Assembly: GCA_030390025.1 (NCBI GenBank)
Contig: CM059439.1
Coordinates: 82,460,001-82,524,000 of the forward strand
DNA from: Squalus acanthias
Taxonomy: Eukaryota
Direction of reading: 5' to 3'
DNA: 64,000 nt
Positions 11,634 to 23,811 of the stretch are shown here, one piece after another. Each line of letters starts with the position of its first letter. The first letter of the stretch is position 1. Position numbers and translations under genes: made by a program. Below the pieces are notes generated by a model that was not told the DNA's origin, searched no databases, and saw only the letters and a list, made by a program, of their open reading frames with translations.

Positions 11634-11836
11634 CTGCTGATGATCGTTTTCATCTGGCTGTCCTTCTCCTCCTGCTGCCTTCTCAGCCTCTCCTCACTGT
11701 CTTCCAACCTGGACTTGTACTCAAGCAGGAGCTTCTGCATCTGTTGCTCCTGGGCAAGCAGGCGCCGCTCGTATTCCTCCAGCCGCCGACTTGACACCTT
11801 CAGCCGATCCTTCAGCTTCGCAATCTCCTGCTCATA
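11634..11836 (-). CDS. RASAL2: RASAL2 coding exon, coiled coil ([25 protein letters not shown]...KTIIS)
   Basis: Acceptor gacag|TAT, donor CAG|gtcagc; 203 nt, phase 0 to 2. Confidence 0.95.
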
Positions 11837-12208
11837 CTGTCAGGGAAACCAGTGAGAAACATCACAGCACCAGACACCAAAGATGCAGTTTCTTTCATAC
11901 CATTTATCCGAGGGTCAAATCAAAGTACCAATATGAAATTGCATCAATGGTCTGTCACCATTTGCAAATCTCAAGATAATATAAGTATTACACAAAAAGG
12001 TTCCAACAGTTGAGAGCATTTTATATAAATGCCAGATGTCAAGAAATATTGCATGGCATGTGGAGAACTGAAGTGGAAGAGAAAGCAAAATGGAGCTCTT
12101 GAATTGGCCACTGTGTGGTGTGTGAAAGTGGCTGGAAGCAAACTGCTGTTTGATTTTACTGTTCCTCCCTTGGCAAATTCCCTTGCCTCAATTCTATATC
12201 TCATGTTG

Positions 12209-14557
12209 ACATAGAAACAGAAAAATAGGAGCAGGAGTAGGCCATTCGGCACTTCGAGCCTGATCCACCATTCAATATGATCATGGCTGATCCTCTATCT
12301 CAATACCATATTCCCGCTCTCTCCCCATACCCCTTGATGCCTTTTGTGTCTCGAAATCTATCTATCTCCTTCTTAAATATATTCAGTGACTGAGCCTCCA
12401 CAGCCTTCTGTGGCAGAGAATTCCACAGGTTCACCACCCTCAAGTGAAGAAATTTCTCCTCATCTCAGTCCTAAATGGCCGACCCCTTATTCTGAGACTG
12501 TGACCCCTCGTTCTAGACCCCCGAGTCAGGGGAAACATCCTCCCTGCATCCAGTCTGTCTAGTCCTGTCAGAATTTTATACGTTTCAATGATATCCCCTC
12601 TCATTCTTCTAAACTCTAGTGAATACAGGCCTAGTCGACCCAATCTCTCCTCATACGACAGTCCTGCCATCCCAGGAATCAGTCTGGTGAACCGTCGCTG
12701 CACTCCCTCTATGGCAAGTATATCCTTTCTTAGGTAAGGAGTCCAAAACTGCACACAGTACTCCAGGTGTGGTCTCACCAAGGCCCTGTATAACTGTAGT
12801 AAGACATCCTTGCTCCTGTACTCAAATCCTCTTGCAATGAAGGCCAACATACCATTTGCCTTCCTAACTGCTTGCTGCACCTGCATGTTTGCTTTCAGTG
12901 ATTGGTGTACAAGGAAACCGAAGGTCCCTTTGTACATCAACATTTCCCAATCTATCACCATTTAAATAATACTCTGCCTTTCTGTTTTTCCTACCGAAGT
13001 GGATAACTTCACATTTATCCACGTTATACTGCATCTGCCATGTATTTGCCCACTCACTCAACTTGTCTAAATCGCCTTGAAGCCTCTTTGCATCCTCCTC
13101 ACAATCCCACCTAGTTTTGTGTCGTCAGCAAACTTGGAAATATTACATTTGGTTCCCTCATCCAAATCATTGATATATATTGTGAAGAGCTGGGGCCCAA
13201 GCACTGATCTCTGTGGTACCCCACTAGTCACCGCCTGCTACCCCGAAAAAGACCCATTTATTCCTACTCTCTGTTTCCTGTCTGTTAACCAATTTTCAAT
13301 CCATGCCAGTATATTACCCCCAATCCCATGTGCTTTAATTTTGCACACTAACCTCTTATGTGGGACTTTATCAAAGGCCTTCTGAAAATCCAAATACACC
13401 ACATCCACTGGTTCTCCCTTATCTATTCTACCAGTTACATCCTCAAAAAACTCCAGTAGGTTTGTCAAACACGATTTCCCTTTCATAAATCCATGTTGAC
13501 TTTGTCTAATCCTGTTGATATTTTCTAAGTGTCCTGTAATCACATCCTTTATAACAGACTCTAGCATTTTCCCTACGACTGAGGTTAGGCTAACCGGTCT
13601 GTAGTTCCGGGTTTTCTCTCTCCCTCCTTTAAAAAAAAAAAATAGTAGGGTTACATTTGCCACCCTCCAATCTGCAGGAACTGTTCCATAATCTATAGAA
13701 TTTTGGAAGATGACAACCAATGCATCCACTATTTCTTTGGCTACCTCTATTAGTACTCTGGGATGCGGATTATCAGGCCCTGGGGATTTATCGGCTTTCA
13801 GTCCCATTAATTTCTCCAGCACTATTTTTTTTACTAATACTAATTTCCTTTAATTCCTCCTCCTCACTAGACCCTTGGTTCCCTAGCATTTCTGGGAAGT
13901 TATTTGCGTCCTCTTCCGTGAAGACAGAACCAAAGTATTTGTTTAATTGCTCAGCCATTTCCTTGTTCCCCATTATAAATTCTCCCGTTTCTGACTGCAA
14001 GTGACCTACATTTGTCTTCACTACACTTTTTGTTTTTACATACTTGTGGAAGCTTTTACAGTCCGCTTTTATGTTCCTTGCAAGTTTACTCTCATACTCT
14101 GTTTTCCCCTCTTAATCAATCTCTTGGTCCTTTTTTGCTGAACTCTAAACTGCTCCCAATCCTCAGGCTTGCTACTTTCTCTGGCAACTTTATATGACTC
14201 CTCTTTGGATCTAATACTATCCTTAATTTCTTTTGTTAGCCATGGTTGGGCCGCTTTTCCTTCTGTGTTTTTGCGCTAGAAAGGAATGTATAACTGTTGC
14301 AATTCATGCATTTGTTCCTTAAATGTTAGCCATTGCCTATCCACCAGTCATGCCTTTTAATGAAGCTCCCCAATCTATCATAGCCAACTCACTCCTCATA
14401 CCTTCGTAGTTTCCTTTGTTTAGATTTAGGACCCTAGTTTCGGATTGGACTTCTTCACTTTCCATCTCAATGAAGAATTCTATCATGTTATGGTCACTCT
14501 TCCCTAAAGGACCCCGCACAACAAGATTATTAATTAACCCCTTCTCATTACACAATA
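12209..14557 (-). mobile_element. 5'-truncated CR1 LINE (end of APE endonuclease, RT, 3'UTR), frameshifted
   Basis: ORFs with PLGKSDHN, KSPGPD, NYRPVSLTS, YLDFQKAFDKV, RPHLEYCVQFW. Confidence 0.96.
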
Positions 14558-14923
14558 CAGCAGGGCCAAAATGAGACGCTCACCATGAGATATTGGTACT
14601 GCAAAAGCACGTGCTAAAATTGAGTGAGACACCACATAGGAGCACCAGTGCCAACAGGCTGTCCTGATTAAGCTAACTTTATAGCACAAAGGTGTCCAAA
14701 CGTGATCTCTTAGTGAGCCAAGTTGCATTTACAGTATTGATTCAGAATTTGCCAATATCATGAGGCGTGTTGTGATCGCCGCAGCACTTAACATGTGAAG
14801 ATGTTACTAAAATAAACTTGTTTCTCAGAAAATAAATAATTCTACTTAAGATCAGACAACTAGTTGCTCAAGAACAGTGAAGTGTTTAATTGTTTTAAAT
14901 ATGCCGCTGTTATTCTAGAATGA

Positions 14924-15058
14924 GTTCTGACGAAGAGTTAGAAGCCTGAAACTTTACCTTCTTTTCCTTTTTCCTCAAATGCTGCCAGACCTGCTGCGTG
15001 TTTCCAGCATTTTTCTATTTTTGTTTCAGATTTCCAGCATCTACAGTATTTTATTTTT
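14924..15058 (+). mobile_element. Short Penelope-like terminal-repeat fragment with decayed hammerhead core
   Basis: ctgacga..gaaa followed by atgctgccagacctgctg..tttccagcatttt; reverse-similar to 19947-20049. Family assignment is from recall. Confidence 0.6.
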
Positions 15059-15086
15059 TGTTTACTTGTTTTAAGTTCTGCTATAG

Positions 15087-15508
15087 CAGGGGTGTCTAAA
15101 TTATGACCAGGGTTCAGAGCCAGCCTATATCCGTGGATGTACACATCATGATGGCACTCTTCTCTCTTTGCCTCCGAGTTCACCTGAATCAAATTTCATG
15201 CTGGCAACCTCATTACGCAGCTGCAGGTTCCTTCGCCATCCCAAGCACTACAGTTCACTCCTACCTCCTGCTGTTGTGATTGAAGACTGCCGTACATGGT
15301 GAGCAGGAATTCCTGATATTGTGAGAACTTTGCCCACAGAATGCAGCTGCATTCAACCACTTGGAGCAGCAGTGGCAGGAGGTAGGAATTAGCAGCAGCG
15401 CTGAGAGGGGAGGAACTGGGAGCTGCATCAAAGAGATTGAGTTATGAAACAATGCTATGTTCAGGCTGGACCTGAACCCTGGTCATAATTTAGACACCCT
15501 TTGACCTG
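15087..15508. mobile_element. hAT-like MITE at the apex of the foldback
   Basis: TIRs caggggtgtctaaattatgaccagggttcag / ctgaaccctggtcataatttagacaccc; tgctatag present at both junctions. Confidence 0.8.
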
Positions 15509-16708
15509 CTATAGCAGAACTTAAAACAATTAAATACTCTGCTGTTATTCTTAAACTAATTGTCTGACTTTCAGTTAAAAAATTTCCTGTAAAACAAAAG
15601 CCTTTTCTCAGTTAATCTTAAATAGCATCTCCATCTGATTTGAGTGCTGCAGCTTACACAACATACCCAGTGGTATTGGCAAATTTTGAATCAGTACTGT
15701 AAATGGAAACTGGTTCTGAATTCACCAGTCACACTGAAACACAATCATGCTTTTTGGGCAAGCTTGGACTTCAACCACGGTGTCGCAATTATTGGAATTT
15801 TGCGGGTTTTTTTTTTGCAAGAATAAAAAAGGCCTGAAACATCCTGCAGTATTTGTCTTGCAAGGAATGTTCTCCACTCACCAAGCGTGCACCACTTCAG
15901 TGCAGAACCAATCACTCTCCTCACTTGGCTCACCGCTGTTCACTCACAACCTGACTCAGACAGTTGTCAGTTAACAGTAACCATCTAAAACTGCGGTTTT
16001 GACTGTGGATATAACACAAAAGAGCAGTATCTGTCACGCAGACTCAAAATCTGCCAGAGCAGACCGTGGCGGCAACATATCCCTTCGATGCTGCAGAAGA
16101 GTGTGTGTCAGGTCGCATAAATGTCAATGCATTTCATTTTTATTTAGGGGATGTGAAAGAGAGAATAATTTCAGAAGCTAATCAGTATTGTCATCAGGAT
16201 TTTAGTAACTAATGGAGATGTGAAATTTTTATGTAGCTACACTTCTGGCAATTTTTTCCCACTCGGGATTTCAGAAAAACATAAATGATAAGTCTGTGAC
16301 ATTTTCATACTGTGCCACTTGAACGGTGAAAAACAACCAGCAATACAAATCCAAATTCTCTCCTTCCAAACTTGAGTTGCGTCTGGAGAGAGCATTTTGA
16401 TCTGTCCAACACTATGTGAAGGACTGGTGCTTACAGGTCTGTCATTGGTTGTGGATGCAATTTGTAGCAATAAATTAAAATCACACTGATATTTTAGAAC
16501 AGACCAGTCTAATTAGTAGACAGATTTATTACTAAAACTTCAATGATAAAAGTGAAGGGTGCATTCGTCAGAACCTACTTTTTAAATCTTTCTCATTGTG
16601 CGGTTTATTTCCCCCACCCCCAGATGCAAACTGCTCACTTTTGCCAAGTGAATAGTGTCCTTGCCCCTAAACTCTAATTGGGACAGAAATAAGCACTTTT
16701 TAACCTAC

Positions 16709-16840
16709 CCTTTCTGCGTGTTTACTCTCCTCACGAATTTGGTCTGTCTCGTCATCTTCCAAGTACTGTCCATTATTCAGAACCCAAGCAGCTGTTCTCT
16801 CAACTGGTGACATGGTGGCAGTCTCCACCGGCGACTGGAC
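16709..16840 (-). CDS. RASAL2: RASAL2 coding exon (VQSPVETATMSPVERTAAWVLNNGQY...SKHAER)
   Basis: Not in the ORF track; translated by hand. Acceptor atgcag|GTC, donor AGG|gtaggt; 132 nt, phase 0 to 0. Confidence 0.94.
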
Positions 16841-17379
16841 CTGCATTGATTAGAGTCAGACGACTAGCATAAACTTCTATACGTTGCCAGAGAGTCACCA
16901 CCACAAAAAACAGGAGCCAGCATCGGAGTGAGTGCAGTGTCTCTCTCTCTCTCACTGCGTCACTCTGTGTACACAGGGACTACACACCGATTGCAGATGA
17001 AGTAAATAATACCAAAGAAATGCAGCAACTGTGTGGCTAATTCCTCAGATCAGTGATGGCCAGCACGCTGATTACAAGGGCCTGTGCAACTGCAGCACAC
17101 TAAAAAAAACAGCAGCAGAATAGTCTAGTGGAAACTGCTAATGTGAGATAGATGCTCATCATTTTACAGCATGGGGGAAATTGCTGACAAAAGCAAAGTA
17201 ATATTCAAATGACAAGTCCAGTGTGCGGTTAGTATTATTAAGGTTTTATTCACTCAATATATTTGTGAACCCTGTGGTGGGGGAGGGGAAATGTTGTAGT
17301 CATCCAGTTGAAGGATGCCAGTACAGGAGGGATGCATTCGGGAGGAATAATCTCTCTTTTACATTCTCAGAACAAGTGC

Positions 17380-17680
17380 AGTGGGGGTTAAATACAGAAT
17401 AAAACTCCCTCCACTCAACCACAACTTCATTTTCAGATGAGCACCCCTACTGCACCAGTGTGACATTTCTGCTTCCCTGCGTCTGAGTCAAATTTGCAGA
17501 TTCGCTGTCAAGTTGTGGACGTACATCCATTATGAACAAGATGGAAACTGCCCCAGATTCACTGAAATAGGACCCTTGCAGCCAACCAAAAGCCAACTTT
17601 CACCCCATTAGTCTGGGATGGATTCAATTCCAGGTGCCTAAGTTGAAAGGCTGTGTTCCAAGCAACTATGTAACCCATTT
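17380..17680 (-). mobile_element. LF-SINE-like element
   Basis: Minus strand acacagcctttcaacttagg..gaatccatcccag..gaaagt..ggctg..cctat..gtccaca resembles the LF-SINE consensus as recalled. Confidence 0.5.
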
Positions 17681-18079
17681 CAGAGAGAGAGAGAGAGAGA
17701 AAGTGAGAGAGATAATGTGAGAGAGAAGGAGAGTGTGAGAGAGCGAGCATTGTGGAATGAAAACCATTAAGGTTCCCTCTTCTCATTGCTACGAAGTAAC
17801 TCCAATCACACCAACTGAGGACAGATACCAGCTGAGGGCAGTATCTGTCACTTGCTGTCAAATAGCTTGCCAACACTCACTGCTCAGCCCCACAATGAAG
17901 AATGGCCGTTTCAGTGAGGTATTGGAAGGCCACCAGCCTCTGCAGAGCTGCACTCCAACAGGAGCTGCCACTAGCTCCAAAAAGGAGGAGCTGGAGGTAG
18001 AGGGAACAAAAGAAACAGTCGCCTTATAATATGTTGTATAACTGCAGCACCGCATGATGGTCTGGAGAGGATTCCTCAC

Positions 18080-18956
18080 CTGCTGTGACTGCTGCTGTCT
18101 ATGTACTGCCCGGACTTTGGGCACAGGACTTTCCCCTTTTGATGAAGTTGATGGTTGCCGTGACCGGTTTTCATTTTGTGGTGGCTCAGGTGATGTGGAC
18201 GGTATTCCTGACATGCTACCCGTGCTTCTCTGCGATGCACAAAGTGGTAATGAATGTGGTGCTTTCACTCGGCTGCTGGCAGCAGACAGCTCTGTCCTGC
18301 GGAGCTGCGAATGCCCAATGCTATTCTGCCGAGGCAATGCCACTGGGAGATTGTTCCTGTCTGGCATGGTGTGTCGTTTGGAGTAATCGTCACTGTACGC
18401 ACTGCGTTTGGCAAAGTCCTCAATGCTGCTGTTACTGGGGCCACTCAGCTTGCTGATTAGCTCCTCACTGTTGGTGTGGCTCCGGGAGCTTGTGGAGCTC
18501 AGGTTCTCAGAACTGGAGTCCATGCCGGCTTTGCTGCTTCCTGCTGGTGGGTTGTTCAGCTGGTAAACAGGGTTTTGGAAAGACAGAGGTTGCAGGCTGT
18601 TCTGCTGGCTCAGAGCTGGGTGTAGAGGCCTGCGGATCTGAGGGGCACTCTGTGCTCCGCTCTGCACCTCTCTGAGCTGCTTGATGCTTGCCGTATGTGT
18701 AATTGAGGCCTGGCTGCCAGTGTGCCGTGCTGGCACGTTGGGAAGAACTGGAATGCTACTTGTCCCATGTGTCACCGCAGTGGTCTGCAGATCCACAAGT
18801 GATACACTCCTGCCATTATGTAGGATGGACTCTTCTTCATCCCTGTCGGAGTAAGTCATGCTCTGTGTTGAGGCCGGTTGACCCGGAAAGTGCTGCTTAC
18901 TGTGGAAAAATGCTTCAACGTTCTCTTGAGTTGGAGACTGCAGTTTCTGCACATCA
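18080..18956 (-). CDS. RASAL2: RASAL2 large exon, Ser/Pro/Gln-rich linker (DVQKLQSPTQ...PLSFQNPVY...QQQSQQ)
   Basis: Acceptor ttccag|T, donor CAG|gtgagg; 877 nt, phase 2 to 0; within ORF 17858..18988. Confidence 0.96.
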
Positions 18957-19245
18957 CTGGAAACAAACAAAAACATTTTTTTTCGCACACCACACTAATT
19001 AAAATCATCTATTTCCCCACCCTTACTTTTCATTTACAGCTCTATTCTCTCCCCCACTCAACTCCCTCAGGTGAGACACTGTTGGCTATTCTCTGGGTCA
19101 AGGTGGCAAGTAGTTGACCCATTTCCTGACCTTTACTGCCTTCACAACCAAGAGGGTAGGAGAGCTGCCTGTAATCTAGTCTCTGCCATTCAGAAGGTTA
19201 ATGGGAGCCGAGAGCGATGCCCTGACTGATTTAACTTTCCTAAGG

Positions 19246-19643
19246 CAGTGTTGTCCAATAGAAATTGCTGACGAGCCACAAATGTGGTGACTGCAACACT
19301 GTTTCAGCCATATGCACTAATTTTAGTAGAAAACGCCTCACATCCAACCACACAGTACAGGTAAATGTACTTCACATAAGTAATTCACATACTTAAACAC
19401 CTACCACCATTCAGTAGCCAAGGAAGTAAAGCACTCAAAATGATCAAAAAAACACACTCTGCTTTTTGTCTCATCATTTTACCAACAAACACACATCAAG
19501 ATTAAAGTACAAAGGCGTATGCCTTTCAAATGAGTATTGAGATCACATGCCCAATAACTGCATCTATTTATGAATCAAAAATGCAATCAGTCACATCTGG
19601 ATTCCCAATTAGCCACTAGTGGCTAATGTATTGGACAACACTG
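19246..19643. mobile_element. hAT (Charlie/MER3-like) MITE
   Basis: 15-bp TIRs cagtgttgtccaata / tattggacaacactg; 8-bp TSD tcctaagg / tcctatgg. Confidence 0.88.
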
Positions 19644-19946
19644 TCCTATGGGGAAGCACATGGACTCCACTTGGCTGCCCATACTACACACTGAGAATGA
19701 GGAAGTGACGTGGATGATGTCAGACGTGCTACACTCTATGGCTCTGCCTGTTAGTGGTCCAACACATTGTGTGGTTTGGCACCCATTCTTAAAGCATCTC
19801 AATGCCGCCCCCCCGCCCCTTCAGATTTTACTCTCTCTAGGTCAGAAATCAATTGTGGCTGAGAAGAGAAGCAGTCAACCCACTCCCACGCATTCACTGC
19901 CGTTCTGAATGAGCCACTGGGAAGTGAGCTCTATTGGAGTGAGCTC

Positions 19947-20049
19947 TAAAAACAGAAAATGCTGGAAACACTCAGCAGGTCAGGCAGCATCTGTGGAGAG
20001 AGAAACGCAGGGTTAACGTTTCAGGTTGATAAACTTTCGTCAGAACCTG
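19947..20049 (-). mobile_element. Penelope-like terminal-repeat fragment containing a minimal hammerhead ribozyme motif
   Basis: Minus strand caggtt CTGACGA aagtt tatc aacct GAAA cgtt aaccctg, then agatgctgcctgacctgctgag. Confidence 0.65.
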
Positions 20050-20562
20050 GGAGAATTGACAACAGGCACGTTGCCCACTGTCGGATTCCATCACCCAAAC
20101 ACTGAGCAGCTATTGCAGCAGGTATAGAGAAGCATGGTTCAGAAAGTAGACATAAGTAGTAATTTACATGCACAAACAACAGCCCAGCCTTGGTGGCGAG
20201 AGAGAAAAATTCTTAAAAGGGAAAAAATATCCGACATCTCGAATCTCTTTCTTTGAAGACAAAAGTAACTGACTTAAACAGAACTAATCCCAAACTGTTT
20301 TTGGTGTTCTAGAAATTGCATACTTTTATCTCTGCCTCCTCTTCCCATTGAACTCTGATACTGTCTGAAAGCTCGTTAGGATTAGGTGGCAGACAGAATT
20401 CTAGAGTCTCCGTCAATAAGAATCAATTTATTCGCAAACTTGCTCGAAGATAAGAGAATTTTCTGGGGATTACAAGCGAACCCTTCTCGACCAGGGCGGC
20501 TGCTACCACACACAGCATGGATGCTAATGGGGAAAGTGTGACAGCAAATGACCCATTCCTAC

Positions 20563-20765
20563 CTGTCGCTGGGGTCCTCGAATATCCGCTGCAGTCCAGA
20601 CGACACACTGCCACTCACATTTGGGGACGAGCTGACGTGGTCCCCAAATCGCCGGATCTGCTGCTGAATCGGTGTGGGGCTAGTTAGCGATTTGGTGATA
20701 TCGCTGAGGATGCGTGGGAGTGGACCGAGCTTCGCTACTGTCGCCTGTAGAAATGAATTTTCACC
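20563..20765 (-). CDS. RASAL2: RASAL2 coding exon ([18 protein letters not shown]...IFEDPSD); alternative in-frame acceptor at 20744
   Basis: Acceptor accag|GGT (or ctacag|GCG 21 nt inside), donor CAG|gtagga; 203 nt, phase 0 to 2. Confidence 0.93.
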
Positions 20766-20767
20766 CT

Positions 20768-20995
20768 GGTTGGACAATACCACGGAAACATCCACATTTT
20801 ATTGGGTGGAGGATGGCGATTGATGTGAGCGGACCAGAATGCAGCAATGCGGAACAACACAACCATGATGACCGTGGTGAAGAAGGGAGAATAAACGGTG
20901 CAGGAATGGGGTTGGGTTGGGGATGAATGGAAGGTTGGGGGGGGGGGGGGGGGGGTGGAGAGAGAAAGTGGATATAAAATAAATTAGAAACAAAA
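20768..20995 (-). promoter_or_regulatory. AG-exclusion zone with candidate distant branch point and pyrimidine tract
   Basis: No AG on the minus strand for 228 nt upstream of the acceptor; ttctaAt (A at 20984) followed by a pyrimidine/poly-C tract. Confidence 0.65.
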
Positions 20996-23609
20996 CTAAT
21001 GTAACTCAATGTGGTTTCAAACTGTTCCACAACATTCCAACACAAAACATACAAACCATGCAGAATAAACATCGAAATGATTTCTGAAAACAAAGCAACT
21101 GAAGAGAAGAGAAAGGTAGCATTCACCTGGAGTGAGGGTAGGATGATTGGGAAGGATTCACTGGCAAAGGAACAGAGACCGAAAAATGGTAGTAAAACTA
21201 ACCTCTTCATGCACGGAGAACCATTTTAACATCACATACCAGTTTAATGTTTCTAGTCTGAATTATCACTTTTAGTTGCATTGATAGAAAAAAGGTATAG
21301 TACTATAGTAGGATTCAGCCTATTACAGTTGACAAAAAGGAAATTATTCGTTTTGGACATTTAACAACAAATGCTGCTCTTAGTCAAACATCTTCATCCC
21401 ATGTTGTCCCTCACAGTAAAGTTCTGCACTTTCATAGGGAAGGCACCAAGGGAAAGCAGAATGGGCTGCGGCCGAGTCTTGGAAGCAACCAGGCAAAAGA
21501 ATAGGAGAATTTATTACCCACTCTTCTCACTAACTCATGCTGGACCATGATTCCGTAGGCTCTGGCAGCCCCCCTCTACTCTCCAGGTGACATTTAGGAG
21601 CAATCAATTATTCACTTCCCATCGCCCAGGGAGCCAGAGGTCAATTGCAGTGCTCCCCCACCATCCTAGAAGAAATTAGCCAACTGACCACAGACCAGGG
21701 ACTGAACTAGGGGGCCTTCCTGGTGCATATGATCAGTCCAACAACACACGGTGCATTTACTCACTTGAATCATCAGGAAAGCAAGAACTGATTTTTAAAT
21801 GCAGCCCAAAAAATAAATAAAAATAAATTTTTTTGGTCACAGGATAATCTTTGGAAAGTTTGGCTAAAATGAAAAAGATTAAAATCAAAACAAGTTTTAC
21901 ACCCTCATCCTTTCTGCTCTTCTGAAAGAAGTAAGCAGGTTGTGGAAATGAATTTCTTAATAGGGACATCAGAGAACAGACTGTGTCTGCCCCAGAACAA
22001 TTCCCCTCATCAGATTGCAGATCTTACTCGCTACCAGACCAACAGGCACGACTGTCCGTTTGTCGAGATTTTTGAAGAACCTTCTGCCTGCCAGTGGAGG
22101 GGAGAAAGGTTCTGTACAAGACTGATAACCGTGACACGCATTCCCCACGAAAAACATGTTCAGTAACAGTTCCTTCAAGAGTTTGCTGCACATACCCTGA
22201 ATTTTTAGCTGGTGATTCAATGCATTTCTTCTGGTTTTATTTCACCTATCACACACAGTGGAAAGTGTACTGGACCCTCTACACGGATTCCTAATAACGG
22301 GTACTGCTACTGGGGCTCTGGGCAGTGCAGCAGTGCCTCTCTCTGGCTCACAGTGAAAGCCTAATACTGTACAAAGAGACGCTGTTTTTTTGTGCCTCAG
22401 ACAAGCAGTCTCAGGACCTGCAGAATGTTGGTCCCTGATGCCAGTGGAATCATGGAGGTTCACGTGTTTATTTTACATTCTGCTGTTGCTGAAGATGGCA
22501 CACATCTGATTAATAGTGCCATATGAAGAATCATGGAATTCGTGGTATTACCGAACAATAAATAAAGCAAGTCACAAACGTCAAATCAAATCTCAATCAT
22601 CAGGCTCACAATTATTATTAAACCAACTAGTTCACCAGTGATGTACTGTTCTGTGCATTGCAATACCTGCCGTATGAGTTGGTTTCATAATTCTAATTGT
22701 GAAACATTTTAAAAAATGAACACAAATCGATTTGAACCAGGCGAAGGGGCAAATCTCCCGATGGCGAGATGTTGATGAGCACTGGCACCTTTTGAAGTCC
22801 ATGGACTGGGTGAGATACGTGTTTTCACAAACAACGTTCACAAGTGGTGAGCCCTTGATCTCGGCCCTGTGACCACGGGAAGCAGTGAGTAGGAGGGCAA
22901 GTGCTTTCTCACAGGAAAAGGAGGGGCAATTATAATTATTAAAAGAACAAGTCCACAGAGGGGCGAACTGCCAAAGCTCCTCTCTTGTACCCTCCTTGTA
23001 ACTGGATCTGCAACTGCACAGCCAGGCATCTTACAGCAAATTCCTATTATAATATTTCACTCTGCAATAACGGAGAAAAATGCATTCAGCAAAACCCAAG
23101 GGTCTCTGATTTCAAGTAACATGTTCTGATCAATTCCAGCCCCTCAACACGTTCTCAGTGACCATTGCTAATCAATAAGAATAGCATTTTAAATTTTTAT
23201 TCACGATGGGGTGACAAACCCCTCTATTTTGCTGATTCTGCTGAGATATGGAAGACTCTCCAGTTTCCGCTTCCCCTATGGGAAGTAGTCTTGTCTGTGC
23301 CTCTCTAAATCAGTGCAGCTCAGATCAGCCCCTCAGCATCCCTCCACCACCCCATGGAATATCCCACACAGTACTGCTCCATCATCTGGCAACATCATTG
23401 GAGAGTATTTTCCTGACATCCTGAAGTAATACAGTTCAACCTCAATACAACTTCAACATCAAGCATATAAGTGATGTTTTAAAATTCTACAATTAAAAAA
23501 CCGGGTAAAAAAATAAATCAAGTTATTAGAAAAATTAGATTTTAACAAATATTATATTTTGTCTCTTAACTACTGTACTTAAAGGTTTATAATTCAACCA
23601 CAAAGATAC

Positions 23610-23811
23610 CTTGTCAAGCTGTGACACCACCTCCCAGAGCAGCGAATGCAGGACAGAGAGCTCACGGCCCAGGTCAATATATCCTTCAAATCCTGGCGTG
23701 TTGGAAATGGTGTCTGGGTTTGAGATTTCTACCAGAAAACGTTTCATCCCACTCCACTCATGTTCCAGAAAATCATTCATAAATGCCATGTATTCCTCTT
23801 TGTTCCCAAAC
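23610..23811 (-). CDS. RASAL2: RASAL2 coding exon, RasGAP C-terminal part ([12 protein letters not shown]...SQLDK)
   Basis: Acceptor ccgtag|G, donor AAG|gtatct; 202 nt, phase 2 to 0. Confidence 0.96.

Larger units (their letters stand above)
14715..15716. repeat. Long degenerate inverted repeat (foldback-like element)
   Basis: 14715-14900 is reverse-complement similar to 15520-15716; inner arms ttgttttaagttctgctatag / ctatagcagaacttaaaacaa. Confidence 0.8.

Noticed and set aside
16841-16863. Upstream TAG acceptor 23 nt before the VQSPV exon
   Set aside because: It would frameshift, and a branch-like ctctaAt lies downstream of it, which favours the CAG at 16841-16842.
18054-19002. Several + strand ORFs over the large exon (also over 23611, 24334, 36799 and 11625)
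   Set aside because: Antisense shadows of RASAL2 coding exons, with no independent splice or homology support.
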